This document shows positions 10,025-19,397 of a DNA stretch of 52,178 nucleotides, piece by piece; position 1 is the first letter of the stretch, and every line of letters begins with the position of its first letter. Location of the stretch: NCBI GenBank assembly GCA_964394815.1, contig CAYMZC010000001.1, forward strand, positions 1-52,178, written 5' to 3'. This DNA comes from an uncultured Sandaracinobacter sp. GTDB lineage: Bacteria > Pseudomonadota > Alphaproteobacteria > Sphingomonadales > Sphingomonadaceae. Both the position numbers and the translations under genes were made by a program. Below the pieces are notes generated by a model that had not been told where the DNA came from, ran no database searches, and saw nothing but the letters and a program-made list of their open reading frames with translations.

Positions 10025-10120
10025 CCGCCTGGAATACCCGCCGCCTGGAATACCCGCCGCCTGGAATACCCACCGCCTGGAATACCCACCGCCTGGAATA
10101 CCCGCCGCCCGGAATATCTG
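10025..10120. repeat. 16-bp tandem repeat array (CCGCCTGGAATACCC[G/A]) x6, a VNTR candidate in the acpP-fabF intergenic region
   Basis: Units start at 10025, 10041, 10057, 10073, 10089 and 10105. The first five differ only at the last base (G,G,A,A,G). The sixth is degenerate (CCGCCCGGAATATCTG). Confidence 0.97.
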
Positions 10121-10263
10121 TCGTCCGGCAAATCTGCCGATGAAGCATTCCGCCGGTGGACCGGCCCGTAGCGCACGTGACCACGCGGGCCGTTCATGCC
10201 GCTGGCTGGTGCCGGGCTGGCATGGGGCCGCCGGGCAGAACCCGTCCGCGCCCCCTGGTGGCC

Positions 10264-10500
10264 TTACTTGCCGCTGGCGGCGATGAAGGCGATGGCGTCC
10301 TTCACCGTCAGGATCTTCTCGGCGGCATCGTCGGGAATTTCCACGCCGAATTCATCCTCGAAGGCCATCACCAGCTCGACAGTGTCGAGGCTGTCCGCCC
10401 CCAGGTCGTCGATGAAGCTGGCTTCCTCGGTCACCTTCTCGGCTTCGACGCCGAGATGCTCGACCACGATCTTCTTCACACGATCCGCGACATCGCTCAT
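10264..10500 (-). CDS. acpP: Acyl carrier protein
   Basis: [17 protein letters not shown] phosphopantetheine motif, 78 aa, within the fab cluster. Confidence 0.99.
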   Translation of the reverse strand: MSDVADRVKKIVVEHLGVEAEKVTEEASFIDDLGADSLDTVELVMAFEDEFGVEIPDDAAEKILTVKDAIAFIAASGK

Positions 10501-10681
10501 GCTCTAACCCCTTCTGTCCGGGCATGGCCCCCTTGATCTGGGGCCGCCCCTGGTTTCACGCCTGCACTAGCGGCGGCACCGCCGCCATGCAAGACGCGCA
10601 AAGCCATGCCGGCACCGGCTTTCTCCATATTGAGCAGCGTTTCTCCGGCGCTGGCCGCCATTTGCCGTGCCAGCCCCCCAG

Positions 10682-11416
10682 TCAACCCATGTACATGCCG
10701 CCATTCACATGAATGGTCTGGCCAGTCACATAGCCGCCTTCGGCACTGGCAAGCCAGAGAACCGCAGCAGCGACATCCGCGCCGTCGCCGAAGCGTCCGG
10801 CTGGAATGCGCTCGAACATGGCGGCCTGCTGCTGTTCGTTGAGGGCGTCCGTCATCGCCGAGCGGATGAAGCCCGGCGCGACGCAGTTCACCGTCACCCC
10901 ACGCGAGGCGACTTCGGCGGCGAGCGAGCGGGTCATGCCCTCGAGGCCGGCCTTGGCGGCGGCGTAATTGGCCTGGCCGGGGTTGCCGATCGAGCCGACG
11001 ACCGAGCTGATGGCGATGATGCGGCCATGGCGCGCCTTCATCATCGGCCTCAGCGCCGCGCGCGAGAGCCGGAAGCCCGCCTCGAGATTCACGCGCAGGA
11101 CGGCGGACCAGTCCTCGTCCTTCATGCGCATGGCAAGGCCGTCGCGGGTGATTCCGGCGTTGTTCACCAATATGTCGAGGCCGCCGAGGGCTTCGAGGGC
11201 TGCGGGAACAAGCCCTTCGACCTCTTCGGCCACATCCAGCCGGCAGGGCAGGACGGCGGCGCCGCCAAGCTCGTCCGCCAGCGCCTGCAGGGCGTCGGCC
11301 CGGGTTCCCGAAAGCGCGAGCTTCGCGCCGCGTGCCGCCAGCGTGCGGGCGATGGCGCCGCCGATGCCGCCACTCGCTCCCGTGACCAGCGCTGTCCTGC
11401 CGGAAAGATCGAACAT
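10682..11416 (-). CDS. fabG: 3-oxoacyl-ACP reductase
   Basis: TGASGGIG, NNAGITRD, NYAAAK (YxxxK) and GQTIHVNGG. AAGGGA lies 6 nt before ATG 11416. Confidence 0.97.
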   Translation of the reverse strand: MFDLSGRTALVTGASGGIGGAIARTLAARGAKLALSGTRADALQALADELGGAAVLPCRLDVAEEVEGLVPAALEALGGLDILVNNAGITRDGLAMRMKDEDWSAVLRVNLEAGFRLSRAALRPMMKARHGRIIAISSVVGSIGNPGQANYAAAKAGLEGMTRSLAAEVASRGVTVNCVAPGFIRSAMTDALNEQQQAAMFERIPAGRFGDGADVAAAVLWLASAEGGYVTGQTIHVNGGMYMG

Positions 11417-11427
11417 GTCCATTCCCT

Positions 11428-12378
11428 TCACAGAGCCTTCAGAACCGCGTCGATGTCGGCTGGGCCGGCAACCGACAGGCATTCGATGTCAGGCGCGATG
11501 CGCTTCACCATCGGCCCCAGAACCTTGCCGCCGAACTCGACCATCCGGGTGATGCCGAGGCCGGCCATCGCCTCGACGGATTCGCGCCAGCGCACCGTCG
11601 CCGTCACCTGCTCGACCAGCAGGCGGCGGATGCTTTCCACGTCGGTCACCGAAGCGGCCGTCACATTGGCGACGAGCGGCACCAGCGGCGCCTGCATCGC
11701 GGCCCTGCCGAGCGCTTCGGCCATCACATCCGCCGCCGGCTGCATCAGCGCGCAGTGGAAGGGGGCCGAAACGGCAAGCGGCATGGCCCGGCGCGCGCCG
11801 GCCGCCTTCGCCAGATCGATGGCGCGGTCGACGGCTGTCTTGTGGCCGGAAATCACCACCTGCCCCGGCGCATTGTCATTGGCGGCGGCGAGGATTTCGC
11901 CGCCCGGCCCGGCCGCCAGTGCATCGGCCACGACCTTCTCGACTGCGTCGCGGTCAAGGCCGAGCAGGGCCGCCATGGCGCCTTCGCCCGGCGCCACGGC
12001 TGCCTGCATGGCATCGCCGCGCGTGCGCAGAAGGCGGGCAGTGTCGGCAAGGGTGAAAACACCTGCTGCCGCAAGGGCCGAATATTCGCCGAGGCTGTGG
12101 CCAGCGACCAGCGCCGCCTTGTCCGCCAGGCGGATGTTGCCATCCTGCTCCAGCACATGAAGCGCCGCGATGCTGGCCGCCATGATCGCCGGCTGGGCGT
12201 TCGATGTCAGCGTCAGCGCATCCTCCGGCCCTTCGAACATCAGGCGCGACAGGCTCTGGCCGAGCGCCTCGTCCACTTCCTGCAGGGTCTGCCGTGCTGC
12301 GGCGCTGGCATCCGCCAGGGCCTTGCCCATGCCGACGGCCTGGCTTCCCTGGCCCGGAAAGATGAAGGCTGTTCCCAC
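11428..12378 (-). CDS. fabD: Malonyl-CoA:ACP transacylase
   Basis: FPGQGSQ, AQPAI, GHSLGEY and VSAPFH. GTG start with GGGAG upstream. Confidence 0.97.
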   Translation of the reverse strand: MGTAFIFPGQGSQAVGMGKALADASAAARQTLQEVDEALGQSLSRLMFEGPEDALTLTSNAQPAIMAASIAALHVLEQDGNIRLADKAALVAGHSLGEYSALAAAGVFTLADTARLLRTRGDAMQAAVAPGEGAMAALLGLDRDAVEKVVADALAAGPGGEILAAANDNAPGQVVISGHKTAVDRAIDLAKAAGARRAMPLAVSAPFHCALMQPAADVMAEALGRAAMQAPLVPLVANVTAASVTDVESIRRLLVEQVTATVRWRESVEAMAGLGITRMVEFGGKVLGPMVKRIAPDIECLSVAGPADIDAVLKAL

Positions 12379-12623
12379 CTGAACTCCCGCTTTTTGATCC
12401 GTTGCTGATGGCCCGCCACTAGCGCATCGTGCCGTGCTGTCAAAACAGGTCGTCGTGTGGAAGCCGCCTGAAACTTTCCTGCGCTTCCCTTGCGGCGGGC
12501 CTTTGGATATGAGCCTTGTCCGACGCTGAGGAGGGAAAATTCGCGCCGTTCAGATTTATGCCATCAAGCCTGTGGCACGGTGGCGGCATGGCAGAACTTC
12601 CGAAATTGAATGAAAGGTCGTCG

Positions 12624-13769
12624 ATGAAGCTGGTTATTCGCCCCGCCCTTGCTCTTTCCATTGCTGCCGCGGCAGCCCTGCCGATAGCCGGCGTGCCCGG
12701 CGCCGCAGCCATCGGGCTTGCCGGTGTCGCGAGCGCCCAGGCGCTTTCGGCGGCCGTTGGCAAGCCGCTGCAGCAGGCATCCGCCGCCGCGCGCGCCGGC
12801 AACATCTCGGCTGCACAGAACCATGTGAACACGGCGCGCGCCGCCGCCAAGACCAGTGCCGAGCGCACGAAGGTCGCGCAGATGGCGGCCTATGTGTACA
12901 CGCGTGGCGGCCAATATGCGCAGGCCGCGACCGAACTCGAGCGCATCGGCGCTCCGGCCAGCCAGCTGGCGCCGCTCTATTATCAGGCGCGCCAGTATGA
13001 CAAGGCGATCGCGGCTGCCCGCAAATCGGGCCAGACGACGATCATCGCCCAGTCCTACCTGATGCAGGGCAAGGCTGCCGATGCCGCCAAGATCTACGAG
13101 CAGATGCTGGCGAAGCAGCCCAACAACCCGACGGTGCTGCAGAACCTGGCTGGCGCACAGTTCAAGATGGGCGACAAGAAGGCCTATCTGGCAACCATCC
13201 AGAAGCTGATTCGTGTCGACCCGACGCCGAACCGCTGGCGGGCGCTGCTGATCGACATGAAGTCCTCGCCGATGTCGCGTGATGCCAAGCTTGGCCTTTA
13301 TCACCTGATGCGCGAGACGGGCACGCTCACCAACGCCAATGACGTACAGGAATTCGCCAAGGTCGCCATCGTTGCCGGCCAGCCGGGCGTGGCTTCCGAT
13401 GTGGTGAAGGCCGCCGGCGCCAGCAATGTCGTCTCGCTCACCGACGCGATGACGGCCCGCCTCGTCGACGCGGGTGACAAGCGCCAGTCCGCCGCCATGG
13501 CTCAGGCCGCGGCCCAGGCAAAGAGCCCGGCAACGGCCCTTGCCGCCGGCAACGCTTATCTGGGCGCCGGTCTCTATCCGCAGGCGATCGCCGCCTTCAC
13601 CACCGCCCAGAAAGGCTCCAACCCGGCCGAAGCGGCGCTCTTCAAGGGCATCGCTCAGGTTCGCGGCGGCAATGTCGCCGCTGCCCGGGCAACCTTCGGC
13701 ACCGTGCCGCAAGGCCCGCTTTCCGAGGTTGCCGGCCTCTGGCAGCTCTACACGACCACCAAGGGCTGA
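12624..13769 (+). CDS. Exported alanine-rich TPR-like helical repeat protein
   Basis: Long signal-peptide-like N-terminus ending ASAQA and helical repeats such as YYQARQYDKAIAAA and GNAYLGAGLYPQAIAAF. RBS GAAAGG, strongly biased codons, followed by a terminator. Confidence 0.8.
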   Translation: MKLVIRPALALSIAAAAALPIAGVPGAAAIGLAGVASAQALSAAVGKPLQQASAAARAGNISAAQNHVNTARAAAKTSAERTKVAQMAAYVYTRGGQYAQAATELERIGAPASQLAPLYYQARQYDKAIAAARKSGQTTIIAQSYLMQGKAADAAKIYEQMLAKQPNNPTVLQNLAGAQFKMGDKKAYLATIQKLIRVDPTPNRWRALLIDMKSSPMSRDAKLGLYHLMRETGTLTNANDVQEFAKVAIVAGQPGVASDVVKAAGASNVVSLTDAMTARLVDAGDKRQSAAMAQAAAQAKSPATALAAGNAYLGAGLYPQAIAAFTTAQKGSNPAEAALFKGIAQVRGGNVAAARATFGTVPQGPLSEVAGLWQLYTTTKG

Positions 13770-13791
13770 GACCCGGCGGATCGACAGGAAC

Positions 13792-13825
13792 AAGGCCCGG
13801 CGGCGCAATCCGCCGGGCCTTTTTT
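13792..13825 (+). terminator. Rho-independent terminator
   Basis: AAGGCCCGGCGG-CGCAAT-CCGCCGGGCCTT stem followed by a T run. Confidence 0.9.
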
Positions 13826-13885
13826 CATGCTGTTTTCATGCGGTCAGGACAATCCGCTTCCTGCCACCGCCGGCTGCTGCCCGCG

Positions 13886-14643
13886 TTATCCCGGCGGCAG
13901 GGCGATCAGGCTGATCTGGCGGCCATAATCCGGCTCTTTTGCAAGCGTCGTGCGGCGGTAGCTGAAGAAGCGCTCCGGGTCGGACCGGGTGTCGGTTCCC
14001 AATCCCTCGGCCTTGCCAACGCCGGCCGATGCCAGCCGGGCAAGGCAATAGGCTTCGAGATCGAAGTGCCAGTGGCCGGGCCGGCCTTCGTCGAAAAAGC
14101 GGTCATTTCCGGGCTCCGCCTGCACGAAGCGGTCGCGAAAGCCCGCGTCCACCTCATAGGAGCACCGGGCGATGCAGGGGCCGACGGCGGCCCGGATTCG
14201 GCGCCTGTCCGCGCCAAGGCTTTCCATGGCGGCCAGCGTTGCCTCGATCACGCCTGTAAAGGCGCCTTTCCAGCCGGCATGGGCGGCGCCGATCACCCCG
14301 GCCTTGCTATCCTCGAACAGGATGGGCGCGCAATCGGCGGTCAATATGCCAAGGACAAGGCCTGGCTTGTCGGTTACCAGCGCATCGGCTTCGGGGCGGC
14401 TGTCATCTTCCCACAAGCCGGCTTCCACGGCGCGTGCGCTGTGCACCTGGTGCAGGGTGACGAGATGCGCGCCGGGGGCAACTGCATCGCGGGCCAGGCG
14501 CCGGTTTTCCAGCACCGCCGCCTTGTCGTCACCGAGCCAAGGCCCGTGTTCAGGCTGGCGTAGAGGCCCGTGCTGTGCCCGCCCGTGCGGCCCAGAAAAC
14601 CATGCGGCGCGCCGATAAGGGCAGAGCGGAGCTGCGTGATCAA
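13886..14643 (-). pseudogene. pgeF: PgeF/YfiH (peptidoglycan editing factor, purine nucleoside phosphorylase-like) with a 1-nt deletion frameshift near 14532
   Basis: The N-terminus HGFLGRTGGHSTGLYASLNTGLGS (TTG start 14643) is in one frame. DDKAAVLENR, HQVHS, ADALVT, TADCAP, HAGWKG and FFSYRR are in another. Adding one G (TCG GGT GAC GAC) gives a continuous 252-aa protein. It may be an assembly error. Confidence 0.88.
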
Positions 14644-15197
14644 GGGGCAAGTCCTGCTTGCAGGGAGAGTTTCATGATGCGGTCATCGTCAACGGTCGAT
14701 CCGACGGTGAAGGCATAGCGGCCGACCTCCTCGAACCCGAAGCGCTCATAGAAGCGCCGTGCGCGGTGATTGTCGACCCAGACGGTCAGGTAAAGCTCTT
14801 CATGGCCCTGCGCGCGTGCTTCGCCGATGGCCCATTGCATCAGCGCCTGCGCAAGGCCGGTGCCGCGCGCATCGGCTTCGAGATAGAATTGGCGCAGCAC
14901 CCACCAGCGGCGCTGGCTGTCGATGCCAAGGTCCTGCGGGCCGAGCAGGCAGAAGCCGAGCACCTGCCCGGCGGGGCCTGCGCCAAGCATGATGGCGACA
15001 TCGGGGCTGGCACAGTCGGCGCGATATTTTTCCGGCCCGTTTTCCGCAAGCCAGTCCGCCAGTTCCTCGGGCGGGTAGAGGTGCCCGAAGGTTTCGGTGA
15101 AGGTGCGGTGATAGATGCCGCTGATGGTGGCGGCATCCTCAGGGGTGGCGCGGCGCAGGGTGAAGGGCAGGGCCCGGCCCTGCGCCGCCATGCTCAT
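14640..15197 (-). CDS. GNAT family N-acetyltransferase (PaiA-like)
   Basis: TFTETFGHLY, acetyl-CoA motif ARGTGLA, and LTVWVDNHRARRFYERFGF. Confidence 0.9.
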   Translation of the reverse strand: MSMAAQGRALPFTLRRATPEDAATISGIYHRTFTETFGHLYPPEELADWLAENGPEKYRADCASPDVAIMLGAGPAGQVLGFCLLGPQDLGIDSQRRWWVLRQFYLEADARGTGLAQALMQWAIGEARAQGHEELYLTVWVDNHRARRFYERFGFEEVGRYAFTVGSTVDDDRIMKLSLQAGLAP

Positions 15198-16918
15198 GCC
15201 GCAGAGCGGCCGAGGTGCACGTCGCGGAAGCGCGCCCTGAGCGAGACCTTGTCGATCTTCCCCGAGCCAAGCTTCGGCAGCTGCTCATGCACGATCCAGA
15301 CACGGGCGGGCACCTTGAAGCTTGCAAGCTCGCGGCTCACGAACTGGATGATCGCCTCGCCCTCGAGCTGCTCGCCCGGCTTCGGATAGACGACGGCGCC
15401 GACGATTTCGCCGAGGCGCTCGTCCGGCAGGCCGAACACGCTTGCTTCGGCGACCGAGGGGTGGGTGTAGATCGCGGCCTCGACCTCGACGGCGGAGATG
15501 TTTTCCCCGCCCCGGATGATGATGTCCTTCTTGCGGTCGACGATGATGAGATAGCCATCCTCGTCGAACTTGCCGAGATCGCCGGTGCGGAACCAGCCAT
15601 CTGCAGTGAAGGCCTTGGCCGTGGCTTCGGGCTTGTTCCAGTAGCCGCGGACATTGGCGACGGACCGGATGCACACTTCGCCCACGTCACCGGCGGGCAC
15701 CGGCCTCATGTCGTCGTCCATCATCGACATCTCGACCAGCGGGCGCGAGGGGCGACCGGTGGAGTGCGGCTTGGCGCGGTAACTGTCGCGGATGTTGCCC
15801 GCGCCGACGCCATTGGTTTCCGTGAGGCCGTAGCCGATCGCCGGATTCTTGCCGGGGAAGGCTTCGGCCAGTCGGCCGACATGCTCGGGCGGGCGCGGCG
15901 CGCCGCCGCCGGCGATGTCCACCAGGGTGGAAAGGTCGTATTTGTCCCTGTCGGGGTGCTGCATCAGCTCGAGGCTCATGGTCGGCACGCCGACGAAATA
16001 GGTCGCCTTCTCGCGCTCGATCAGCTGCAGCGCCTCGCCCGCATCCCAGCGATACATGATGACCAGCTTGCGCCCGATACAGATGGAAACCAGCAGCACC
16101 GGAACCAGCCCGGTGATGTGGAACAGCGGCACGTTGAGCAGCATCACCTGCTGCTCCGGCGGCGTGATGCCCTGAGCCTCGGCCAGTTGCAGCATGGCAA
16201 GGCCGTTCACCAGATAGTTGAGCGTGCCCGACACAATGCCCCGATGGGTCGAGACGGCGCCCTTGGGCGCGCCGGTCGAACCCGAAGTGTACATGATGGT
16301 GGCATCATCCTCGGGGTAGATGGGCGGCAGATACCAGGGCGCCTGCGGCGAGGCAGCGAGGGCGTCCTCCAGCGTGGTCGCGCCGAGGCTGGCGGCAACC
16401 GCATGGCCGGTGCGCACGGCAATGATGGCCGGCAGCGGTCCCTCGATGGCGGCGATCCGGCGCGCGCGCTCCTCGTCGGCGATCACCACGCGGGTGCCGC
16501 TGTCCTTCAGGCCATAGGCCAGCTCGTCCGTCTGCCACCAGGCGTTCATAGGCACGACAACGGCGCCAAGCATCACGGCGCCGATGAAGGCCGACACCCA
16601 TTCCGGGTAGTTGCGCATCGCGATCGCCACGCGGTCGCCCTTGGCGACGCCGTAGCGGTCCTGCAGCATGGCGGCGATGCGGACAGCCTTTTCCTGCACC
16701 TGCGCGAAGGTGATGCGCTCGTCCTGGTAGACGATGAACTCCTTGTCGGCGTGGGGCGCAAGGAAGAAGGCAATGAGTTCGCGCAGCGAAGGCGGCGCGG
16801 CCTCGAATACGGGATAGGTTACGCCGCGCACTTCGGCCGAGGTAATGGCAAGCTGTCCGCCGGGCGCGGTGATGGCGTCAAGGGCGGCGTCGAGCGCCTT
16901 GTCGAGTTCGGTCAGCAT
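15194..16918 (-). CDS. Long-chain acyl-CoA synthetase (class I adenylate-forming enzyme)
   Basis: YTSGSTGAPKG, GYGLTE, WFRTGD, DRKKDIIIRGGEN and the A10 lysine motif LPKLGSGK. Confidence 0.93.
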   Translation of the reverse strand: MLTELDKALDAALDAITAPGGQLAITSAEVRGVTYPVFEAAPPSLRELIAFFLAPHADKEFIVYQDERITFAQVQEKAVRIAAMLQDRYGVAKGDRVAIAMRNYPEWVSAFIGAVMLGAVVVPMNAWWQTDELAYGLKDSGTRVVIADEERARRIAAIEGPLPAIIAVRTGHAVAASLGATTLEDALAASPQAPWYLPPIYPEDDATIMYTSGSTGAPKGAVSTHRGIVSGTLNYLVNGLAMLQLAEAQGITPPEQQVMLLNVPLFHITGLVPVLLVSICIGRKLVIMYRWDAGEALQLIEREKATYFVGVPTMSLELMQHPDRDKYDLSTLVDIAGGGAPRPPEHVGRLAEAFPGKNPAIGYGLTETNGVGAGNIRDSYRAKPHSTGRPSRPLVEMSMMDDDMRPVPAGDVGEVCIRSVANVRGYWNKPEATAKAFTADGWFRTGDLGKFDEDGYLIIVDRKKDIIIRGGENISAVEVEAAIYTHPSVAEASVFGLPDERLGEIVGAVVYPKPGEQLEGEAIIQFVSRELASFKVPARVWIVHEQLPKLGSGKIDKVSLRARFRDVHLGRSAA

Positions 16919-16946
16919 CGGGTTTCTCCCTCCCCGTCCATTCCAT

Positions 16947-16986
16947 GCCTCGCCGGGCCCGGTTCCGTTGCCAGGCCCGGCGAGGC
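16947..16986. other. Strong intergenic hairpin between the acyl-CoA dehydrogenase and CoA ligase genes
   Basis: GCCTCGCCGGGCCCGG-8 nt-CCAGGCCCGGCGAGGC with no U tract. It may be an mRNA-stabilising element or weak terminator. Confidence 0.6.
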
Positions 16987-16989
16987 TCC

Positions 16990-18129
16990 TCAGAACTGCA
17001 TAATGCGGGCAAGACGGTCGCCATGGAAGGCCACATCGCCGAAGGTTTCGCCTGCGGCCCGCGCGCGCTTCATGTAGAAGCCGATGTCATATTCGTCGGT
17101 CATGCCGATACCGCCGTGCATCTGCACGGCCTCGTTGGTGGCAAGCTTCGCGACACCTGTGGCCTTGGCCTTGGCGAGGCTGGCGTAGAAGCTGGCGCGC
17201 GCATCGCCTTCGTCAAGCGCGGTCAGCGCCTTCAGCGTGGCGGAGCGGGCAAGCTCGATTTCACAGAAGAGATGGGCAGCCCGGTGCTGCAGCGCCTGGA
17301 AGCTGCCGATCTTCACGCCGAACTGGTCCCGCTGCTTCAGATAGTCGATCGTGGTCTCGAAGCTCTGGGCGGAAATGCCCAGCATCTCGGCGGCAAGGCA
17401 GGCGCGGCCGGCGTCGAGCGCTGCTTCCAGAATGGCCAGACCTTCGCCCACCGGGCCGAGCACATCGGCGCCATCGACCTGCACGCCATCGAGGCTGACG
17501 GCAGCGGCGTTGCGACTGTCCACCATGAAGCGGCGGTTGACGCTGATGCCGGCTGCCTTCGGATCGAGGAGGAAGAGGGTGATGCCCGCGCGGTCGGCGA
17601 CATCGCCCGAAGTCCGCGCCGCGACGATCAGCCGGTCGGCGACATGGCCGTCGAGCACGAAGGGCTTGGCGCCGGTGAGGCGGAAGCCGTTGCCCGACAC
17701 TTCGGCCCGCGTTTCCACATGGGCGGGCTGGTGGCGGGGCGTTTCGTCGGCGGCAAGCGCCACGATCAGCTCGGCGGCCGCGATCTTCGGCAGCAGCGCC
17801 GCCTTCTGGTCTTCGCTGCCGCCCTTCGCAATGGCCGTCGCCGAAAGGATGGAGGCCGAGAGGAAAGGCGAGACGGAGAGGTTGCGGCCGATCGCTTCCT
17901 GGATCAGGCCGGCCGCCACCATGCCGAGGCCGGCGCCGCCGAACTGCTCGGGAATGGCGACGCCCGCGAAGCCCATTTCCGCCATTTTTGCCCACAGGCC
18001 GCGGTCGAAACCGTCGGGATCTCTGGTGTCGCGCAGCTTCCTGAGCTGTGCTGCGGGGGCATGTTCGGCAAAGAAACCATTGGCGGATTCCTGGACCATC
18101 CGCTGTTCGTCATTGAGGACAAGTGCCAT
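16990..18129 (-). CDS. Acyl-CoA dehydrogenase family protein, short non-catalytic-type subunit (PimD/FadE28-like)
   Basis: RDQFGVKIGSFQALQH and VQMHGGIGMTDE. The C-terminus lacks the I-x-E/G-G-T segment. Confidence 0.88.
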   Translation of the reverse strand: MALVLNDEQRMVQESANGFFAEHAPAAQLRKLRDTRDPDGFDRGLWAKMAEMGFAGVAIPEQFGGAGLGMVAAGLIQEAIGRNLSVSPFLSASILSATAIAKGGSEDQKAALLPKIAAAELIVALAADETPRHQPAHVETRAEVSGNGFRLTGAKPFVLDGHVADRLIVAARTSGDVADRAGITLFLLDPKAAGISVNRRFMVDSRNAAAVSLDGVQVDGADVLGPVGEGLAILEAALDAGRACLAAEMLGISAQSFETTIDYLKQRDQFGVKIGSFQALQHRAAHLFCEIELARSATLKALTALDEGDARASFYASLAKAKATGVAKLATNEAVQMHGGIGMTDEYDIGFYMKRARAAGETFGDVAFHGDRLARIMQF

Positions 18130-18132
18130 CGA

Positions 18133-19338
18133 TCAGGCTCCCGGCAGCTGGAGGACGCGCTTGGCGATGATGTTGAGCTGCACTTCCGATGTTCCTCCCT
18201 CGATGGAATTGGCGCGGCTCCTGAGCCAGGTTTTGGCCATGTCGCCGTCATGCTTGTCCTCGCCCTCCCAGACAAGGCTTTCGCTGCCATGGATCGACAT
18301 GACGATCTGCTGGCGCTCCTTGTTCAGTTCGGTGCCGTAATATTTCAGCATCGACGACAGCGCGCCGACGCCCTGGCCGGCTTTCGCCTCGTCCTTCACG
18401 CGCTCCATGGTCAGGCCGAAGGCCATGGCGTCGATCTCGTGGCGGGCAATCTCGGCCCGCAGCAGATTGTCGGAAAGCGCGCCTTCGGCATTGGCGCCGA
18501 TCGCCCGGACGGCCATCTGGTGCAGCGCATTGGCGCCGCCCGAGGGCAGGTCCATGCCGCCGATCATCTCGCGTTCGTGGGTGAGGAGATATTTCGCGAT
18601 GTCCCAGCCCTTGCCACGCTGGCCCACCAGGTTGCGGGCCGGAACGCGCACATTGTCGAAGAAGGTCTGGCAGAAGGGCGAATAGCCCGAGATCAGCTGG
18701 ATCGGGCTGGTCGAGACGCCGGGGCTTTCCATGTCGAACAGGAGGAAGCTGATGCCGAGATGCTTGGGCGCATCCGGGTCGGTGCGGACGAGGCAGAAGA
18801 TCCAGTCGGCCTTGTCGGCATAGCTGGTCCAGATCTTCTGGCCATTGACGACATATTCATCGCCTTCGAGCACGGCCGAAGTGCGCAGAGAGGCGAGGTC
18901 GGACCCGGCGCCCGGTTCGGAATAGCCCTGGCACCAGCGGATCTCGCCGCGGGCGATCTTCGGCAGATGCTCCTTCTTCTGCTCTTCATTGCCATATTTC
19001 AGCAGCGCCGGCCCCAGCATCCAGATGCCGAAGCTGTTGAGCGGCGAGCGTGCGTTGATGCGCCGCATTTCCTGCTGCAGGATCTTCGCCTGCTCGCGCG
19101 AAAGGCCGCCGCCGCCATATTCGGTTGGCCATTCCGGCACCGTCCAGCCCTTTGCCGCCATGCGCTCCAGCCACTGGCGCTGCGCGTCGGACTTGAATAC
19201 CCACTTGCGCCCGCCCCAGCAGACATCGCCATCGTCATCGACGGGCTGGCGCATCTCGGGCGGGCAATTGGCTTCGAGCCAGGCGCGTGTTTCGGCGCGG
19301 AAGGCTTCGAGGGCGGCGTTGTCTTCCATGGTCATCAT
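18133..19338 (-). CDS. Acyl-CoA dehydrogenase family protein, catalytic-type subunit (PimC/FadE29-like)
   Basis: [30 protein letters not shown] and [10 protein letters not shown]. The start could be 19329. Confidence 0.92.
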   Translation of the reverse strand: MMTMEDNAALEAFRAETRAWLEANCPPEMRQPVDDDGDVCWGGRKWVFKSDAQRQWLERMAAKGWTVPEWPTEYGGGGLSREQAKILQQEMRRINARSPLNSFGIWMLGPALLKYGNEEQKKEHLPKIARGEIRWCQGYSEPGAGSDLASLRTSAVLEGDEYVVNGQKIWTSYADKADWIFCLVRTDPDAPKHLGISFLLFDMESPGVSTSPIQLISGYSPFCQTFFDNVRVPARNLVGQRGKGWDIAKYLLTHEREMIGGMDLPSGGANALHQMAVRAIGANAEGALSDNLLRAEIARHEIDAMAFGLTMERVKDEAKAGQGVGALSSMLKYYGTELNKERQQIVMSIHGSESLVWEGEDKHDGDMAKTWLRSRANSIEGGTSEVQLNIIAKRVLQLPGA

Positions 19339-19397
19339 CTCCCCGGGTGCATCGCGCCTCTTGGCGCTTGCCCATTGCTGCGGATATGAAAGCCCAC

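Noticed and set aside
10025-10120. CRISPR array
   Set aside because: The units are contiguous with no unique spacers, are only 16 bp long, and there are no cas genes in the window.
9851-10286. Small ORFs crossing the 16-bp array (for example 9967-10197 and 9882-10184)
   Set aside because: They are open only because the repeat lacks stop codons. The period is not a multiple of three and the products look like no known protein.
8668-12378. Type II polyketide biosynthetic cluster
   Set aside because: This is the canonical fabD-fabG-acpP-fabF-mltG primary fatty-acid locus, with no chain-length factor or cyclases.
14531-14650. N-terminus MPLDHAAP... of the 254-aa ORF as the real PgeF start
   Set aside because: The conserved PgeF N-terminal motifs are in the frame starting at TTG 14643. 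The listed start is a by-product of the frameshift.
16945-19389. 814-aa + strand ORF, and similar long ORFs (15215-17077, 20899-23121, 27770-29746, 7008-8648, 41-1219)
   Set aside because: These are antisense shadow frames of well-supported genes, expected in high-GC DNA, and they carry no motifs.
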